From positions 47,181 to 111,180 of the forward strand of contig JAFLEH010000005.1 in assembly GCA_017301995.1 (NCBI GenBank): DNA of 64,000 bases, written 5' to 3'. The notes beneath the pieces are model-generated. The model was not told the origin of the DNA. It did no database searches and saw only the letters and a program-made list of their open reading frames with translations. The translations under genes and the position numbers were made by a program. Positions 26,922 through 35,842 of this stretch are shown one piece after another (the stretch's first letter is position 1; every line of letters starts with the position of its first letter). This DNA is from Verrucomicrobiota bacterium (GTDB taxonomy: Bacteria; Verrucomicrobiota; Verrucomicrobiia; Verrucomicrobiales; Akkermansiaceae).

Positions 26922-27818
26922 TCACGGTTTAACGATGCGCTTGAGGGCGTCGGTCTTGGCCGCCACGAAGCCGTAGAGGCATTCGATGGTGACAAAGATC
27001 TTGTTGGCTCGGGTGTCGGTGAAGCGCAGGTAGCCGAAGGTGATGCCGGTCTGCGGATCGGTGACGGCTCCGGCCTGCTGGTATTCGGCAACCGGTTGGA
27101 GGTAGCGCATGGCCACCGCGATCGCGCTCGCATGGGCCGCGAAACCCACCAACTTCTCCGCGTGGTCGGGAGGGATGGTGTTCGTCTCGTGGAGGTTGAA
27201 ACCGGCCAGGCGGCGGACCATGCCCTCGGTCACCGCCGGAGCGTTGAGATTGAGGTTGAAGCTCTTGGCCACAACCTCGTCGGCGAGCAGGTTGGTGTAG
27301 TAACCGGCGTCGAGCACCAACGAGCGCGGATTGGGCGGCATCTTGGCGATACCGCACGCCTCGCGCAGGTTGAGCACCTTCTTGTAATCGAAGTTGTTGG
27401 CGGCGAGCGCGGGAATGCCGGGGGTGCCGAAGTTGGCGGCGGTGATCACCGACATGATGTCCACGAGCACATCCTGGGCGAGTTGTTGGGCGGCCGCCTC
27501 GACCAGCGCTTCGAGCGTGTTGAGGGCGGTTTCCGCCGAATCCCGCGCGCTGACATGGACCGTCTTGAACTTGTGGCGGTTGAGCACGACGGGGGCGACC
27601 GTCACCGTGGAGTCGGCGTTGGCGGTGTAGTCACCGGCGAAATCGCTCGATGCGGACGGCGCGCCGACAAGGGGCACGCGCACGGTGTCGAGCTTCTCGG
27701 CGGGAGCGGGGCTGAAATCAAGAGAGAATGCCGTGACGGGCAGGAGCTGTGCCATGAACGGCATGAGCGCCCGCTGGGCGACCTTGATGTCTTTGACGTT
27801 GGTGAGGGTGTTGGCCAT
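26922..27818 (-). CDS. major capsid protein
   Basis: 298 aa, immediately after the protease/scaffold gene, with a long C/A-rich leader. Assignment rests on position and composition. Confidence 0.7.
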   Translation of the reverse strand: MANTLTNVKDIKVAQRALMPFMAQLLPVTAFSLDFSPAPAEKLDTVRVPLVGAPSASSDFAGDYTANADSTVTVAPVVLNRHKFKTVHVSARDSAETALNTLEALVEAAAQQLAQDVLVDIMSVITAANFGTPGIPALAANNFDYKKVLNLREACGIAKMPPNPRSLVLDAGYYTNLLADEVVAKSFNLNLNAPAVTEGMVRRLAGFNLHETNTIPPDHAEKLVGFAAHASAIAVAMRYLQPVAEYQQAGAVTDPQTGITFGYLRFTDTRANKIFVTIECLYGFVAAKTDALKRIVKP

Positions 27819-27855
27819 GGTAGTGGTTGGTTGGTGCTAGGATGCGGGTTGTTGG

Positions 27856-28347
27856 TTAGGCTTGGTGCTTGAGGATGAGGGCTTGTTGTTCGGGAGTGAG
27901 CTTGCGCCAGAAGGCGGTCTGCGCGGCCGGGTCGGTGATGGCGGCGAACTGCGCGTGAAGCTGGGTCGCCTGCGGTTGGTCACCGGCGGGAGTGACCCGG
28001 GCCGGGAGCGTGGTGCCGGTGGAGGCGACGACCCGGGCCACCTCGGTCTGGACGCGGGTGTCGAAATCGGCCTGGGACGCCTGGAGTTCGGTCACGCGGG
28101 TTTGCAGGGTGGCGGCCTGGGCTTGGAGTTCATTGGCGCGGGCCTGAAGCTTGGCGGCATCGGCCGTGGCGGTGTCGCGCTCGGCCTTGAGCGTCTCGAT
28201 TTCGGCGGTAAGCAGTTCGGTTTGGCCGCGCAACGAATCGGCGTTGGCCGAGGCTTCGTTGAGCAGTTCGGTTTGCGCCTGGTGGTCGCGCTGGAGCGCT
28301 TCCAGTTGGGCCTTGGTTTGGGCGAGGATGTCTTCGGGTGCGTTCAT
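27856..28347 (-). CDS. candidate nested in-frame scaffold protein (Nu3-like, 163 aa)
   Basis: Internal in-frame ATG (codon 274), preceded by the same TTGACAA-N13 motif seen before other starts. Encodes only the coiled-coil part. Confidence 0.45.
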   Translation of the reverse strand: MNAPEDILAQTKAQLEALQRDHQAQTELLNEASANADSLRGQTELLTAEIETLKAERDTATADAAKLQARANELQAQAATLQTRVTELQASQADFDTRVQTEVARVVASTGTTLPARVTPAGDQPQATQLHAQFAAITDPAAQTAFWRKLTPEQQALILKHQA

Positions 28348-29166
28348 CAACTGGGATTCCTTGTCAACCGCCGCATGGAAAACGCGGAGGCGGCGGATGG
28401 CTTCGGCACGGTCCGGGACCATTCCCGCGAGGTTGAACCGTTGGGCCTGTCGCCCGCTGAAAGTCTGGCCTTCCATGGCCTCCGCCGGGATCGAGCGGCC
28501 ACGGACAAGCACGGCGGCATGGAACTCCCCGGCGATCTCAGCAAGGTTGGAGTTGATCAGGTCCCGCTGGTCGTCGGTCAGGGATGTGCCGGGTGCCCCG
28601 ATGGATTTGTATTTGCCGACCGAAAACACCTCAACCTTGATTCCCTCGCTGGCGAGCGCGGCGGAATCGTCGATCACCGCCTGCACCACGCCGATGGAGC
28701 CAACCTGGGCGGAGGGGGTGGCGTAGATCGCGCGCGCTTGGGATGCCATCCAGTAGGCCGCCGAACACATCAAGCCGGACGAGAACGCATAGACCGGCTT
28801 GCGCTCGTTGATAGAGGCGACGGCGGCGGCCAACTCGGGAGTGCCGGCCACGGTCCCGCCGGGTGAGTCGATGTCGAGAAAGACGGCGCGGATGTCGTCG
28901 CGCTCACCGGCTTCGCGCAAGGCATCACCGATTTCCTCGGAGCCCACGGCACCCATCAGCACGCGCGCGAAGATGCCGGGTTTGCGGAGAATGGGTCCTT
29001 CGATGGACACGGTGCCGATGCCGTCCTCAACGGTGAGCAGCGGGCTTTGCGGACGGGGCTGCGGCAGTTGGCCGCCGCGTTCGTTGAAAGCACGGACGGC
29101 AAACGCCATCGAGCGCAGGGCTTCGGGCTGGATCAGCCATTCACGGGATTGCAGGAGCGGATTCAC
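27856..29166 (-). CDS. S49-family prohead protease fused to a coiled-coil scaffold domain (lambda gpC-like)
   Basis: AVFLDIDSPGGTV...SGLMCSAAYWMAS...VGSIGV S49 motifs. The C-terminal third is heptad-rich (QAQTELLNE...LQARANELQAQAATLQ). Confidence 0.85.
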   Translation of the reverse strand: MNPLLQSREWLIQPEALRSMAFAVRAFNERGGQLPQPRPQSPLLTVEDGIGTVSIEGPILRKPGIFARVLMGAVGSEEIGDALREAGERDDIRAVFLDIDSPGGTVAGTPELAAAVASINERKPVYAFSSGLMCSAAYWMASQARAIYATPSAQVGSIGVVQAVIDDSAALASEGIKVEVFSVGKYKSIGAPGTSLTDDQRDLINSNLAEIAGEFHAAVLVRGRSIPAEAMEGQTFSGRQAQRFNLAGMVPDRAEAIRRLRVFHAAVDKESQLMNAPEDILAQTKAQLEALQRDHQAQTELLNEASANADSLRGQTELLTAEIETLKAERDTATADAAKLQARANELQAQAATLQTRVTELQASQADFDTRVQTEVARVVASTGTTLPARVTPAGDQPQATQLHAQFAAITDPAAQTAFWRKLTPEQQALILKHQA

Positions 29167-29310
29167 GCCCCGGCGGTCGTGTCAACAAAGGCGCAATCAA
29201 ACTCAAGTTGCGAATCGCCTATCCCAATACTATCATTCTGCCGCCGCGTTGGCGTAACCGGGAATGAATACCGGCGATCAGGGTTGCATCTCTGTGATCC
29301 CGTTGGGGTA

Positions 29311-29359
29311 GCGTCCGGTCCTGCGACCGGAGATGCGGGTTCGACTCCCGCACGCGGCA
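29311..29359 (+). other. tRNA-like 3' fragment (hairpin + T-arm + acceptor 3' strand)
   Basis: GCGGG-TTCGACT-CCCGC T-arm at 29335-29351, then ACGCGGC-A. No CCA is encoded. The preceding hairpin has a 6-bp stem and 6-nt loop. Confidence 0.45.
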
Positions 29360-29368
29360 TCATGCTCC

Positions 29369-30793
29369 CTACGATTTTGGCGGGACACTGGCAGCGGATC
29401 CGCCTGAAGGTTTCCAGAGCATGTCCACAGGGACACCGTATTTGGCGGCGGTTTCCAGAATCACCTTCGCGTCGGCGGCGCGGCGCTCGATCTCTTCACC
29501 GAAGTCCGCGCCCAGCTCGGCATAGTGGTCGCTGAGCGTCTTGAGGCCCATTTCCACATCGGCGCGGTTCTGTTGGGCTTCGCGGCCCGCGTCCACGGTC
29601 ACCCGCTTTGGCGGCACCGTGGAGATTTTCCACCATCCCGCGACCGGAGGCAGCAACCTGCGGTCGATGGCATCGCCAATCACATAGGCCCATACCGGCT
29701 TGATGAGCCTGCGTTCAAGAATCATCTGGCGGAACGAAAACCTGCGGTCGGCTTTGGCAACAATGAGCCTAACACCCGCTCCCCCTACCTTGCTGGAATC
29801 CGCCGCGAACTCGAACGGAATCACACCGAGGGCGGAGTCCCGCCGCAGATGTTCCAGAAATCCGGTGAAGGTGGGGCTGGGTCGATTGGATTGAAAACTG
29901 TCGAGCGATTCGTCCGGCTTGAGGGCCACCAACTTGCCACCGACGATTCGTTGCAGCGAAACAGGGTCGCTCGCCTCGCCGGTGCCGGCCGCGCCACCGA
30001 CCACGAAATCACCGCTGTCGTCGATCTCGCCACGGGCGGTCTTGAGCACGCGGGCAACATCGGCGTTGTCCTTGACCGCGTGTTTTTCCAGGGCGAGCAA
30101 CTCCATTTCATCGAGCACATGGTTGATGGAATGCTGGATCGTCGGATGAGAGCGCACGCCACCGGCCCATTCCGGCTCGTGGATGTGAAGAATCGCCTCG
30201 GCCGGGAGATCACTGGCTATGCCTCCATCCTCCAACACCCGGTAGAACACCGGCGCCCCCCACGCGTCGAGGCCAACGCCGTCGATGGTTTCCTTCGACC
30301 CGAACTCATCGCCGATACGGTGACTTTCAATCAACTGGATGCGCGGCTCGCCCTCGCCGTCGCGGGTCTTGTGGATGAAATACTCGCCGTCGATGTCCAT
30401 CCCCCGGCAGACCAGCGCCTGGCATTCCTCGAACGAAAACCGGCGCGTCACTTCGCAGCGGGCCGACCACAACGCGAAGTATTCTTCGGCGGCGCGGTTC
30501 CACTCAGGGTTGCCCGACTGTGCCTGGACGCGGATGCCGTCGCCGGTGGAATAGATCGCCATGTTGGCGACCAGCTCCCTAACAAACCCGCTGTTCTTGT
30601 GAAGGTAGCGTGCCTTGCGGACCAGCTCGGTGCGCACGCCGGGAGTGAGTTCGTTGCGGGCGTCGCTTGGCGAGGCCCCCGGCACCGTGCCACGGCGGGG
30701 CGACCAGTTGGCCGCTTCATACGGCGAACCCCACGCCTTCGGAACGAGGACGGGGGGCAGCAGCAGTCGGGCGATGGATTTGAGGCGGCTCAT
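29369..30793 (-). CDS. portal protein (lambda gpB-type)
   Basis: 475 aa; ARYLHKNSGFVRELVANMAIYSTGDGI portal_2-like block. Lies between the gpW-like and protease genes. Confidence 0.8.
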   Translation of the reverse strand: MSRLKSIARLLLPPVLVPKAWGSPYEAANWSPRRGTVPGASPSDARNELTPGVRTELVRKARYLHKNSGFVRELVANMAIYSTGDGIRVQAQSGNPEWNRAAEEYFALWSARCEVTRRFSFEECQALVCRGMDIDGEYFIHKTRDGEGEPRIQLIESHRIGDEFGSKETIDGVGLDAWGAPVFYRVLEDGGIASDLPAEAILHIHEPEWAGGVRSHPTIQHSINHVLDEMELLALEKHAVKDNADVARVLKTARGEIDDSGDFVVGGAAGTGEASDPVSLQRIVGGKLVALKPDESLDSFQSNRPSPTFTGFLEHLRRDSALGVIPFEFAADSSKVGGAGVRLIVAKADRRFSFRQMILERRLIKPVWAYVIGDAIDRRLLPPVAGWWKISTVPPKRVTVDAGREAQQNRADVEMGLKTLSDHYAELGADFGEEIERRAADAKVILETAAKYGVPVDMLWKPSGGSAASVPPKS

Positions 30794-31050
30794 TTCGGGA
30801 GGTATCCGGAGATGTAGGAGGCACCGGCGATGCGGGTGCGGCCGTAGGTTTCGGGGTCGAGAACCCGGAGCGCGTGCCCGCATTCCTCAAGCACCTGATC
30901 GACCGGCATGGTGAACTGCTTGGACACCGACGTTTCCGCATCATTCCAGTTCATGATGGTCTTGCCTTCCAGCAGCAGTTCCTTCGCCCTCGCCTGGATG
31001 GCAAGCACTTCGGAGACGGTGAATCCGGTGATGAAGAGTCCTCGGGCCAT
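30790..31050 (-). CDS. gpW-like head-tail joining protein (86 aa)
   Basis: Small ORF immediately upstream of, and overlapping, the portal start, as in lambda W-B. Preceded by TTGACAA-N12. Confidence 0.45.
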   Translation of the reverse strand: MARGLFITGFTVSEVLAIQARAKELLLEGKTIMNWNDAETSVSKQFTMPVDQVLEECGHALRVLDPETYGRTRIAGASYISGYLPK

Positions 31051-31065
31051 GCTTCAATAGGATTG

Positions 31066-31584
31066 TCAACGGGGCGACTCCGTTTCGGAGGCATGGGCGC
31101 GGCGCATCTTCTCGGCATCCTCTGCGGACCAGCCCAATTTGTCAGGCATCTCCTGCAACAGACGATCCACGAGATACAGGGCGGCACCGAGCGTGTTATG
31201 TCGTGCGGCATCTCGCAAGGACGCGAGCACCTTGAGCGAACTGGCACGAATCACCGTCTCAAGGACCGGGCCGATAGATTCCGCGGGGAGTGCTTCCCGA
31301 TTGGCGGTGAAGTCGTCGCGGGTGAATGGGGCGGTTCTTCCTGCCTTTGGATCGAACCATGTCGGTTGAAGATCCTCGCCATTGCCGAGCAGCCATTGGG
31401 GGTCAACCCCGGTGGCGAAGGCGATGCGTTCAGTCGTTGCGGTCGAAAGGGTGTTGTATCCGGCTTCTACCAGCCTGAGCGTGCCGAACGAAATTCCGGC
31501 GAGCGTGGAGAATTCCCGGGCCTTGAGACCTAGGATGGTTCGCAGTTGGCCGATTCGGGTGGAGGTGTTGATGGGACGTGGCAT
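31066..31584 (-). CDS. XRE-family HTH transcriptional regulator
   Basis: IGQLRTILGLKAREFSTLAGISFGTLRLVEAG HTH_3-type motif. Confidence 0.65.
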   Translation of the reverse strand: MPRPINTSTRIGQLRTILGLKAREFSTLAGISFGTLRLVEAGYNTLSTATTERIAFATGVDPQWLLGNGEDLQPTWFDPKAGRTAPFTRDDFTANREALPAESIGPVLETVIRASSLKVLASLRDAARHNTLGAALYLVDRLLQEMPDKLGWSAEDAEKMRRAHASETESPR

Positions 31585-31608
31585 GTGTCGGTCTGGTTGG
31601 AGTGCCGG

Positions 31609-32049
31609 TTACTGACCCTGCCAGGTGGCGTTGCTGCCCCGCGTGTCGATGTGGACGAAGCCCGACGACGGATAGAAACCCAGCCCGCCGGTGAACTTGC
31701 CGTCCTTGCGCCAGGCCAGAAGGACCGCATACACAATCCCGCTCCGCACGCCATCGAAGGCGATGTCCAGGGCGTTGAACTGAAGGTGCTGGCTCAGCGG
31801 TGCCCCGCCCACCGCCCGGTTGTATTCGGGCGAACGGTAGGAACTGAGAATCCGGCAGGGTTTGCCGAGGTGTCCGCGCAGGGCGTCCACGATCCTCAGC
31901 GTCGGCACCAGGTTGTCCCACAGCTTGCGGGGCGGGGTGCTGTTTTTCACCCCCTTGCGCACGGCCGCGAAGTAGGAGGTGAACTCGCCCGCGCCAAAGT
32001 GGCGGAAATTCTGGGCGTTGAACCAATCGGTGAAAGTGTCGGCAGGCAT
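31609..32049 (-). CDS. peptidase M15-family (D-Ala-D-Ala carboxypeptidase-like) endolysin
   Basis: SSYRSPEYN...SQH...ALDIAF...FVHIDTR metal-ligand pattern (H, D, H). Confidence 0.75.
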   Translation of the reverse strand: MPADTFTDWFNAQNFRHFGAGEFTSYFAAVRKGVKNSTPPRKLWDNLVPTLRIVDALRGHLGKPCRILSSYRSPEYNRAVGGAPLSQHLQFNALDIAFDGVRSGIVYAVLLAWRKDGKFTGGLGFYPSSGFVHIDTRGSNATWQGQ

Positions 32050-32052
32050 GGC

Positions 32053-32430
32053 TTACTTGGAGGTGCGGGGTTCGACGGTGATCTCGAAGCGGCCGTCCGG
32101 ATGGACCATGATCCGGCCGTCCTTGTTGGCGAAGGTGCCGGTGACCGGCGGAGGCGTGGCACACGACGTAAGGAAGGGCAGCGACAGCAACGCGAGGGCG
32201 AAGCAGAGCACGCCGACCTTGAACGATTTGTTGGGCTTGCCGTCGTCGAACCAATCGCCAAGAACCACGACGAGTTCTTTCACGGCCAACGCGGCGGGAC
32301 CCGCGGCAAGCAGGTATTTGGCGGTGGACGGCTCGAACACATTGGCGACGCCGGCCAGGTCGAGCGCGGCGACGGTGGAGAACATGGACCCGACGGCGGT
32401 TAGGAAGCGGAGGATGGTGATGTTTTTCAT
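32053..32430 (-). CDS. holin-like membrane protein (125 aa)
   Basis: Two or three TM segments, directly upstream of the endolysin. Preceded by TTGACAC-N15. Confidence 0.55.
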   Translation of the reverse strand: MKNITILRFLTAVGSMFSTVAALDLAGVANVFEPSTAKYLLAAGPAALAVKELVVVLGDWFDDGKPNKSFKVGVLCFALALLSLPFLTSCATPPPVTGTFANKDGRIMVHPDGRFEITVEPRTSK

Positions 32431-32459
32431 GACTCCCCGTCCGGGGTGTCAACTATACC

Positions 32460-34010
32460 CCCTCCGACGTTATTCACGACCGAGCGGAGCGCGCCCCCAA
32501 AGCGACGCGACGGGAGGTTGTGAATAACTCGGCGCCGTGCCATAATGGTCGCGGCGTCCACAACGCCCCGCTTGCGGCACGGTCAGGTGTCAACCGACCC
32601 GAAAGGGCCTCCCCGGGAAAACCGGCCGCAGCGGTGGCACCTGGCGTGAAGTCTGAGAGAACTGCGCTCCGCGAGGGCCATCGTATAGTTACGACTTTGC
32701 CGGGTAAGGCGCGGATGCCTCAAATCCTGAACCAACAAACAACCATGAAACAATTCGATTCGTTCACCCACTTTGCTGGGGTTGATTGGGCCAAGGACAG
32801 TCATGGAGTGGTGGTGATCGACGCCTCCGGCAAGATTGTCGAGGAAATCACGGTGAAACATACCGCCGAGGGCTGGCTGAGGTTCCGCGAGCGTCTGGCA
32901 CGATACCCCGTGCTGGCGATTGCCGTGGAGAGTGGCCAGGGACTGGTCATCGAGCAGTTGCTGCTGTCTACCGCGACTGTTTATGTCGTTCCGGCAAAAA
33001 ACTCGGCAGCCTACCGCACCAGAAAGGTATCCAGCGGAACCAAGACCGACCGGCTCGACGCGTGGTGTCTGGCGTGTGCGCTGCGCAGCGAGGGAAACGA
33101 TTGGCGGCCAGTCGAGATCCCCGACGAACTGACGCAAAAACTACGCCTGCTGTGTCGCGATCAGGTCACTCTGATCGGGCAGCGGGTGATGCTCCTCAAC
33201 CAATTGCAGGCCGCTTTGCGCGAATACTACCCGGCAGCGCTTGAGGCCTTTGACGATTGGACGGCTCCATCTTCATGGGCGTTCATTGAGATGTTCCCTG
33301 ATCCCTCGACACTGGCCAAGGCGGGCAAACGCCGCTGGGAAAAATTCCTTCACGTTCATCGGTTGTCACGCCCGGAAACCTATCAAAAGCGGATGGAGGT
33401 ATTCGCGCGCGCTGGGGAACTCGTTGCCGGTCCGGCCGTTACCTCCGCCAAGGCGATGCTGGCCAAAAGCCTCTGTGAAATGCTGCGGGTCTTGCAGCGG
33501 CAGATCGACTTCTACGACGCGCAAATCAAGCTGCTCTTCGAGCAGCATCCCGACCGTGACATCTTCAAATCGCTGCCTGGGGCCGGCCCCAGGCTTGCGC
33601 CACGGCTGCTTTCCGAAATCGGTCCCGACCGCAACCTGTTCGCCAGTGCGGGATCTCTCCAATGCTACGCGGGCACGGCACCTGTCAGCTATCAATCTGG
33701 CCAGATTCACAAGGTTCAGGTCCGGCGTTCCTGCAACAAACACCTCCGCGCAGCCGTTCACCTTTGGGCCGGTTTGGCCGCCCAACGCTGCCCATGGTCG
33801 CGCGTCTATTACCAGGCGCAACGCGAGCGGGGCCAAAGCCACGCCTGTGCCCTGCGCAATCTCGGCCAGAGGTGGCTGAAGATCCTCTGGAAAATGTGGC
33901 AAACCGGCAGCGCCTATGAAGCGGCGTTCCACACCAGGAACCAACTCGATCACGGTTCATGGGTGCTCAAAATCAACCCAACCTAAACTGCCACGGAGTT
34001 ATGGAGAAAA
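32460..34010 (+). mobile_element. IS110-family insertion sequence (ends approximate)
   Basis: Single DEDD-type transposase ORF with ~285 bp of 5' non-coding sequence, wedged between the terL stop (34013) and the holin-like gene start region (32452). Confidence 0.7.
32745..33986 (+). CDS. IS110-family transposase
   Basis: N-terminal FAGVDWAKDSH...AIAVESG (DEDD RuvC-like) and C-terminal LPGAGPRLAPRLLSEIG...YAG.AP...SG (Transposase_20) motifs. Confidence 0.85.
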   Translation: MKQFDSFTHFAGVDWAKDSHGVVVIDASGKIVEEITVKHTAEGWLRFRERLARYPVLAIAVESGQGLVIEQLLLSTATVYVVPAKNSAAYRTRKVSSGTKTDRLDAWCLACALRSEGNDWRPVEIPDELTQKLRLLCRDQVTLIGQRVMLLNQLQAALREYYPAALEAFDDWTAPSSWAFIEMFPDPSTLAKAGKRRWEKFLHVHRLSRPETYQKRMEVFARAGELVAGPAVTSAKAMLAKSLCEMLRVLQRQIDFYDAQIKLLFEQHPDRDIFKSLPGAGPRLAPRLLSEIGPDRNLFASAGSLQCYAGTAPVSYQSGQIHKVQVRRSCNKHLRAAVHLWAGLAAQRCPWSRVYYQAQRERGQSHACALRNLGQRWLKILWKMWQTGSAYEAAFHTRNQLDHGSWVLKINPT

Positions 34011-34012
34011 AA

Positions 34013-35842
34013 TCACGAAAAGTCATTGACGGAAGTGAGAGAACTTCCCGGGGCGGCGGCAACCGCCTCGCGCCCGACGATCTTGAGCATGGTCGCCGCG
34101 GTCGCCTGCATCGACTCGCAATCGAAGTAATGGTTCGGACGCGAGCCGATCTGCTTCCACATCCACTGGCCCTTTTCCTTGATGCGCTGCTCGCTCTCCA
34201 TCTGTGCGAGATAATCATCGTCGATGTCATCGGGAACCTCCCAGGTCGGCCCCCGGCTGGCGTCCTGGTTGCGCCGCAGGCGGGCGAGCGTGTCCTTGAT
34301 GTTGAGGTTGCTCCAATAATGGACGTGGCAGGACTGCTTGTGCGACAACACGACCTTGCGCCTGGGCGAGTAGAACCGCTGGACGATCTTGCCGTCGCGG
34401 CCCTTGTGCGGATAGACCGGACGGCGGTCGCCAATGAGCGCAACCCAACCGCGCTTGGCGCATTCGCGGTAAACGTCGTAGGTCGCATAGCCGGCGTCGA
34501 GGAATACCAAACTCGGATGCACGCCGAAGCGTTCCTGCATCACGTCGATGTCGGTGAAGGTCAGGATGCGTTCGTTCCACATCAGGCGGCTCGATCCCTC
34601 GGCCGACCACGACCGCACCACGAGGAACAAATGGTCCATCTGGCAGTCCACCGTGATGAAGCGCAGCGGAATGAGGCCCGTGCGCTCGGGTAGCGGGGCG
34701 GCGAGGATGGCGCCGGTTTTCGGATTGATCGCGCCCTCCTCCTCCCACGTCTCGCCCCGCTTGTAGCCGGACTTCGTGATCTCCAGCTTGTAATCCTCGA
34801 CATACTCACGCCACGGCAGGCCGAGCCGCTTCTGATAGAACTGCTGGAGCAGCGAGACATCCCCCTTGCGTGCCGCCGTCTTGGCCCGCAGATAGAGTTC
34901 GGCGAGCTGGCCCCAGCTCATCGCGCACAGCGCATTCCAATGGAATCCGACGTTTTCCTTGGACGCCTTGGGATTCTTGGCGACGAACGCGCCGGTGGCG
35001 TTGAGTTCGCGGCGGGTCCGGTCGCCATCCTCGAAGTAGTGGTTGCACGACTCGCAGCGCAGCGCGGTGGTGTGCCTTACCTCGTCGAAATCCCACTCGC
35101 CGAATTCGTCGCGGGCCGACTTGCTCCACTCGACGCACTCCCACTTGAACGCCTGCCGGTGGCCGCATTCGGGACAAGCAAACGTCCACTCGCGCTGGTC
35201 GGTCGTTAGGAACTTGCGGTGGGTGTCGTCATCCTCCTCGCCGCCCTGGCTCATGAAGATGCATTTGCCAAGCCAGCCGAAGGCGGTGACGCGGGCCTCG
35301 GCCTCGGCCATGTGCCCCTCGGGCCAACGCCAGGTTTCATCGCCGACCAGCCAGCGGATCGAACGCCGCTGCAGGTTGGTCTTGTTGTGGGCACCCAGAA
35401 TCCACAGCACCATGCCGTTGGTGAAGTGGATCGCGTTGTTCTTGCGCTTGTGGCGGTGGATGCCGGTGGGCATGAGCCGGGCCACCGGCTGGCATTGGTC
35501 AAACAACTTTTGGAGCCGTGCCTCGGAATAGTCGCGGGCGTCCTCGTCGGTCTGGTCGAGCCACAGCGTCGGGCCCGGGAGATTGGTGATGATATAGCAG
35601 AGCGTGAGTTCGGGTGCCGTGGTTTTGGATGACTGGACGGACGCGATAATGGACACGAGCCGGATGCGCGGATCGACCAGTGCTTCCATGACCTCGCGGA
35701 TCCAGGGGGAGTTCTCCGCACGGAAGCGGCCGGGATTCGGAGAATACGGGATGCCCTCGACGTGATCCTCACACCACGCCCACGGCGGCCGGCGGTCAGG
35801 CGGCTGCCATGCTTCGCGCCAGATGTCATGCAGGGCTTTCAT
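34013..35842 (-). CDS. terL: terminase large subunit (GpA family)
   Basis: VSIIASVQSSKTT Walker-A-like motif; FACPECGH...RCESCNH zinc-ribbon; DEDARDY. 609 aa. Confidence 0.85.
   Translation of the reverse strand: MKALHDIWREAWQPPDRRPPWAWCEDHVEGIPYSPNPGRFRAENSPWIREVMEALVDPRIRLVSIIASVQSSKTTAPELTLCYIITNLPGPTLWLDQTDEDARDYSEARLQKLFDQCQPVARLMPTGIHRHKRKNNAIHFTNGMVLWILGAHNKTNLQRRSIRWLVGDETWRWPEGHMAEAEARVTAFGWLGKCIFMSQGGEEDDDTHRKFLTTDQREWTFACPECGHRQAFKWECVEWSKSARDEFGEWDFDEVRHTTALRCESCNHYFEDGDRTRRELNATGAFVAKNPKASKENVGFHWNALCAMSWGQLAELYLRAKTAARKGDVSLLQQFYQKRLGLPWREYVEDYKLEITKSGYKRGETWEEEGAINPKTGAILAAPLPERTGLIPLRFITVDCQMDHLFLVVRSWSAEGSSRLMWNERILTFTDIDVMQERFGVHPSLVFLDAGYATYDVYRECAKRGWVALIGDRRPVYPHKGRDGKIVQRFYSPRRKVVLSHKQSCHVHYWSNLNIKDTLARLRRNQDASRGPTWEVPDDIDDDYLAQMESEQRIKEKGQWMWKQIGSRPNHYFDCESMQATAATMLKIVGREAVAAAPGSSLTSVNDFS

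Noticed and set aside
29243-29359. A complete canonical tRNA gene in the portal-protease gap.
   Set aside because: The acceptor halves are 117 nt apart, no D-arm can be drawn, and the anticodon-like hairpin has a 6-nt loop. It is reported only as a tRNA-like fragment.
15572-32452. Long overlapping ORFs opposite or out of frame to prophage structural and lysis genes (15572-16573 +, 17017-17805 +, 19669-20457 +, 20363-21592 +, 26691-27872 +, 27862-28866 +, 29525-30817 +, 31430-32452 -, 31546-32403 +).
   Set aside because: Each lies entirely within a gene that has recognisable motifs or synteny. Their composition is Arg/Gly/Pro/His-rich, consistent with high-GC shadow ORFs.
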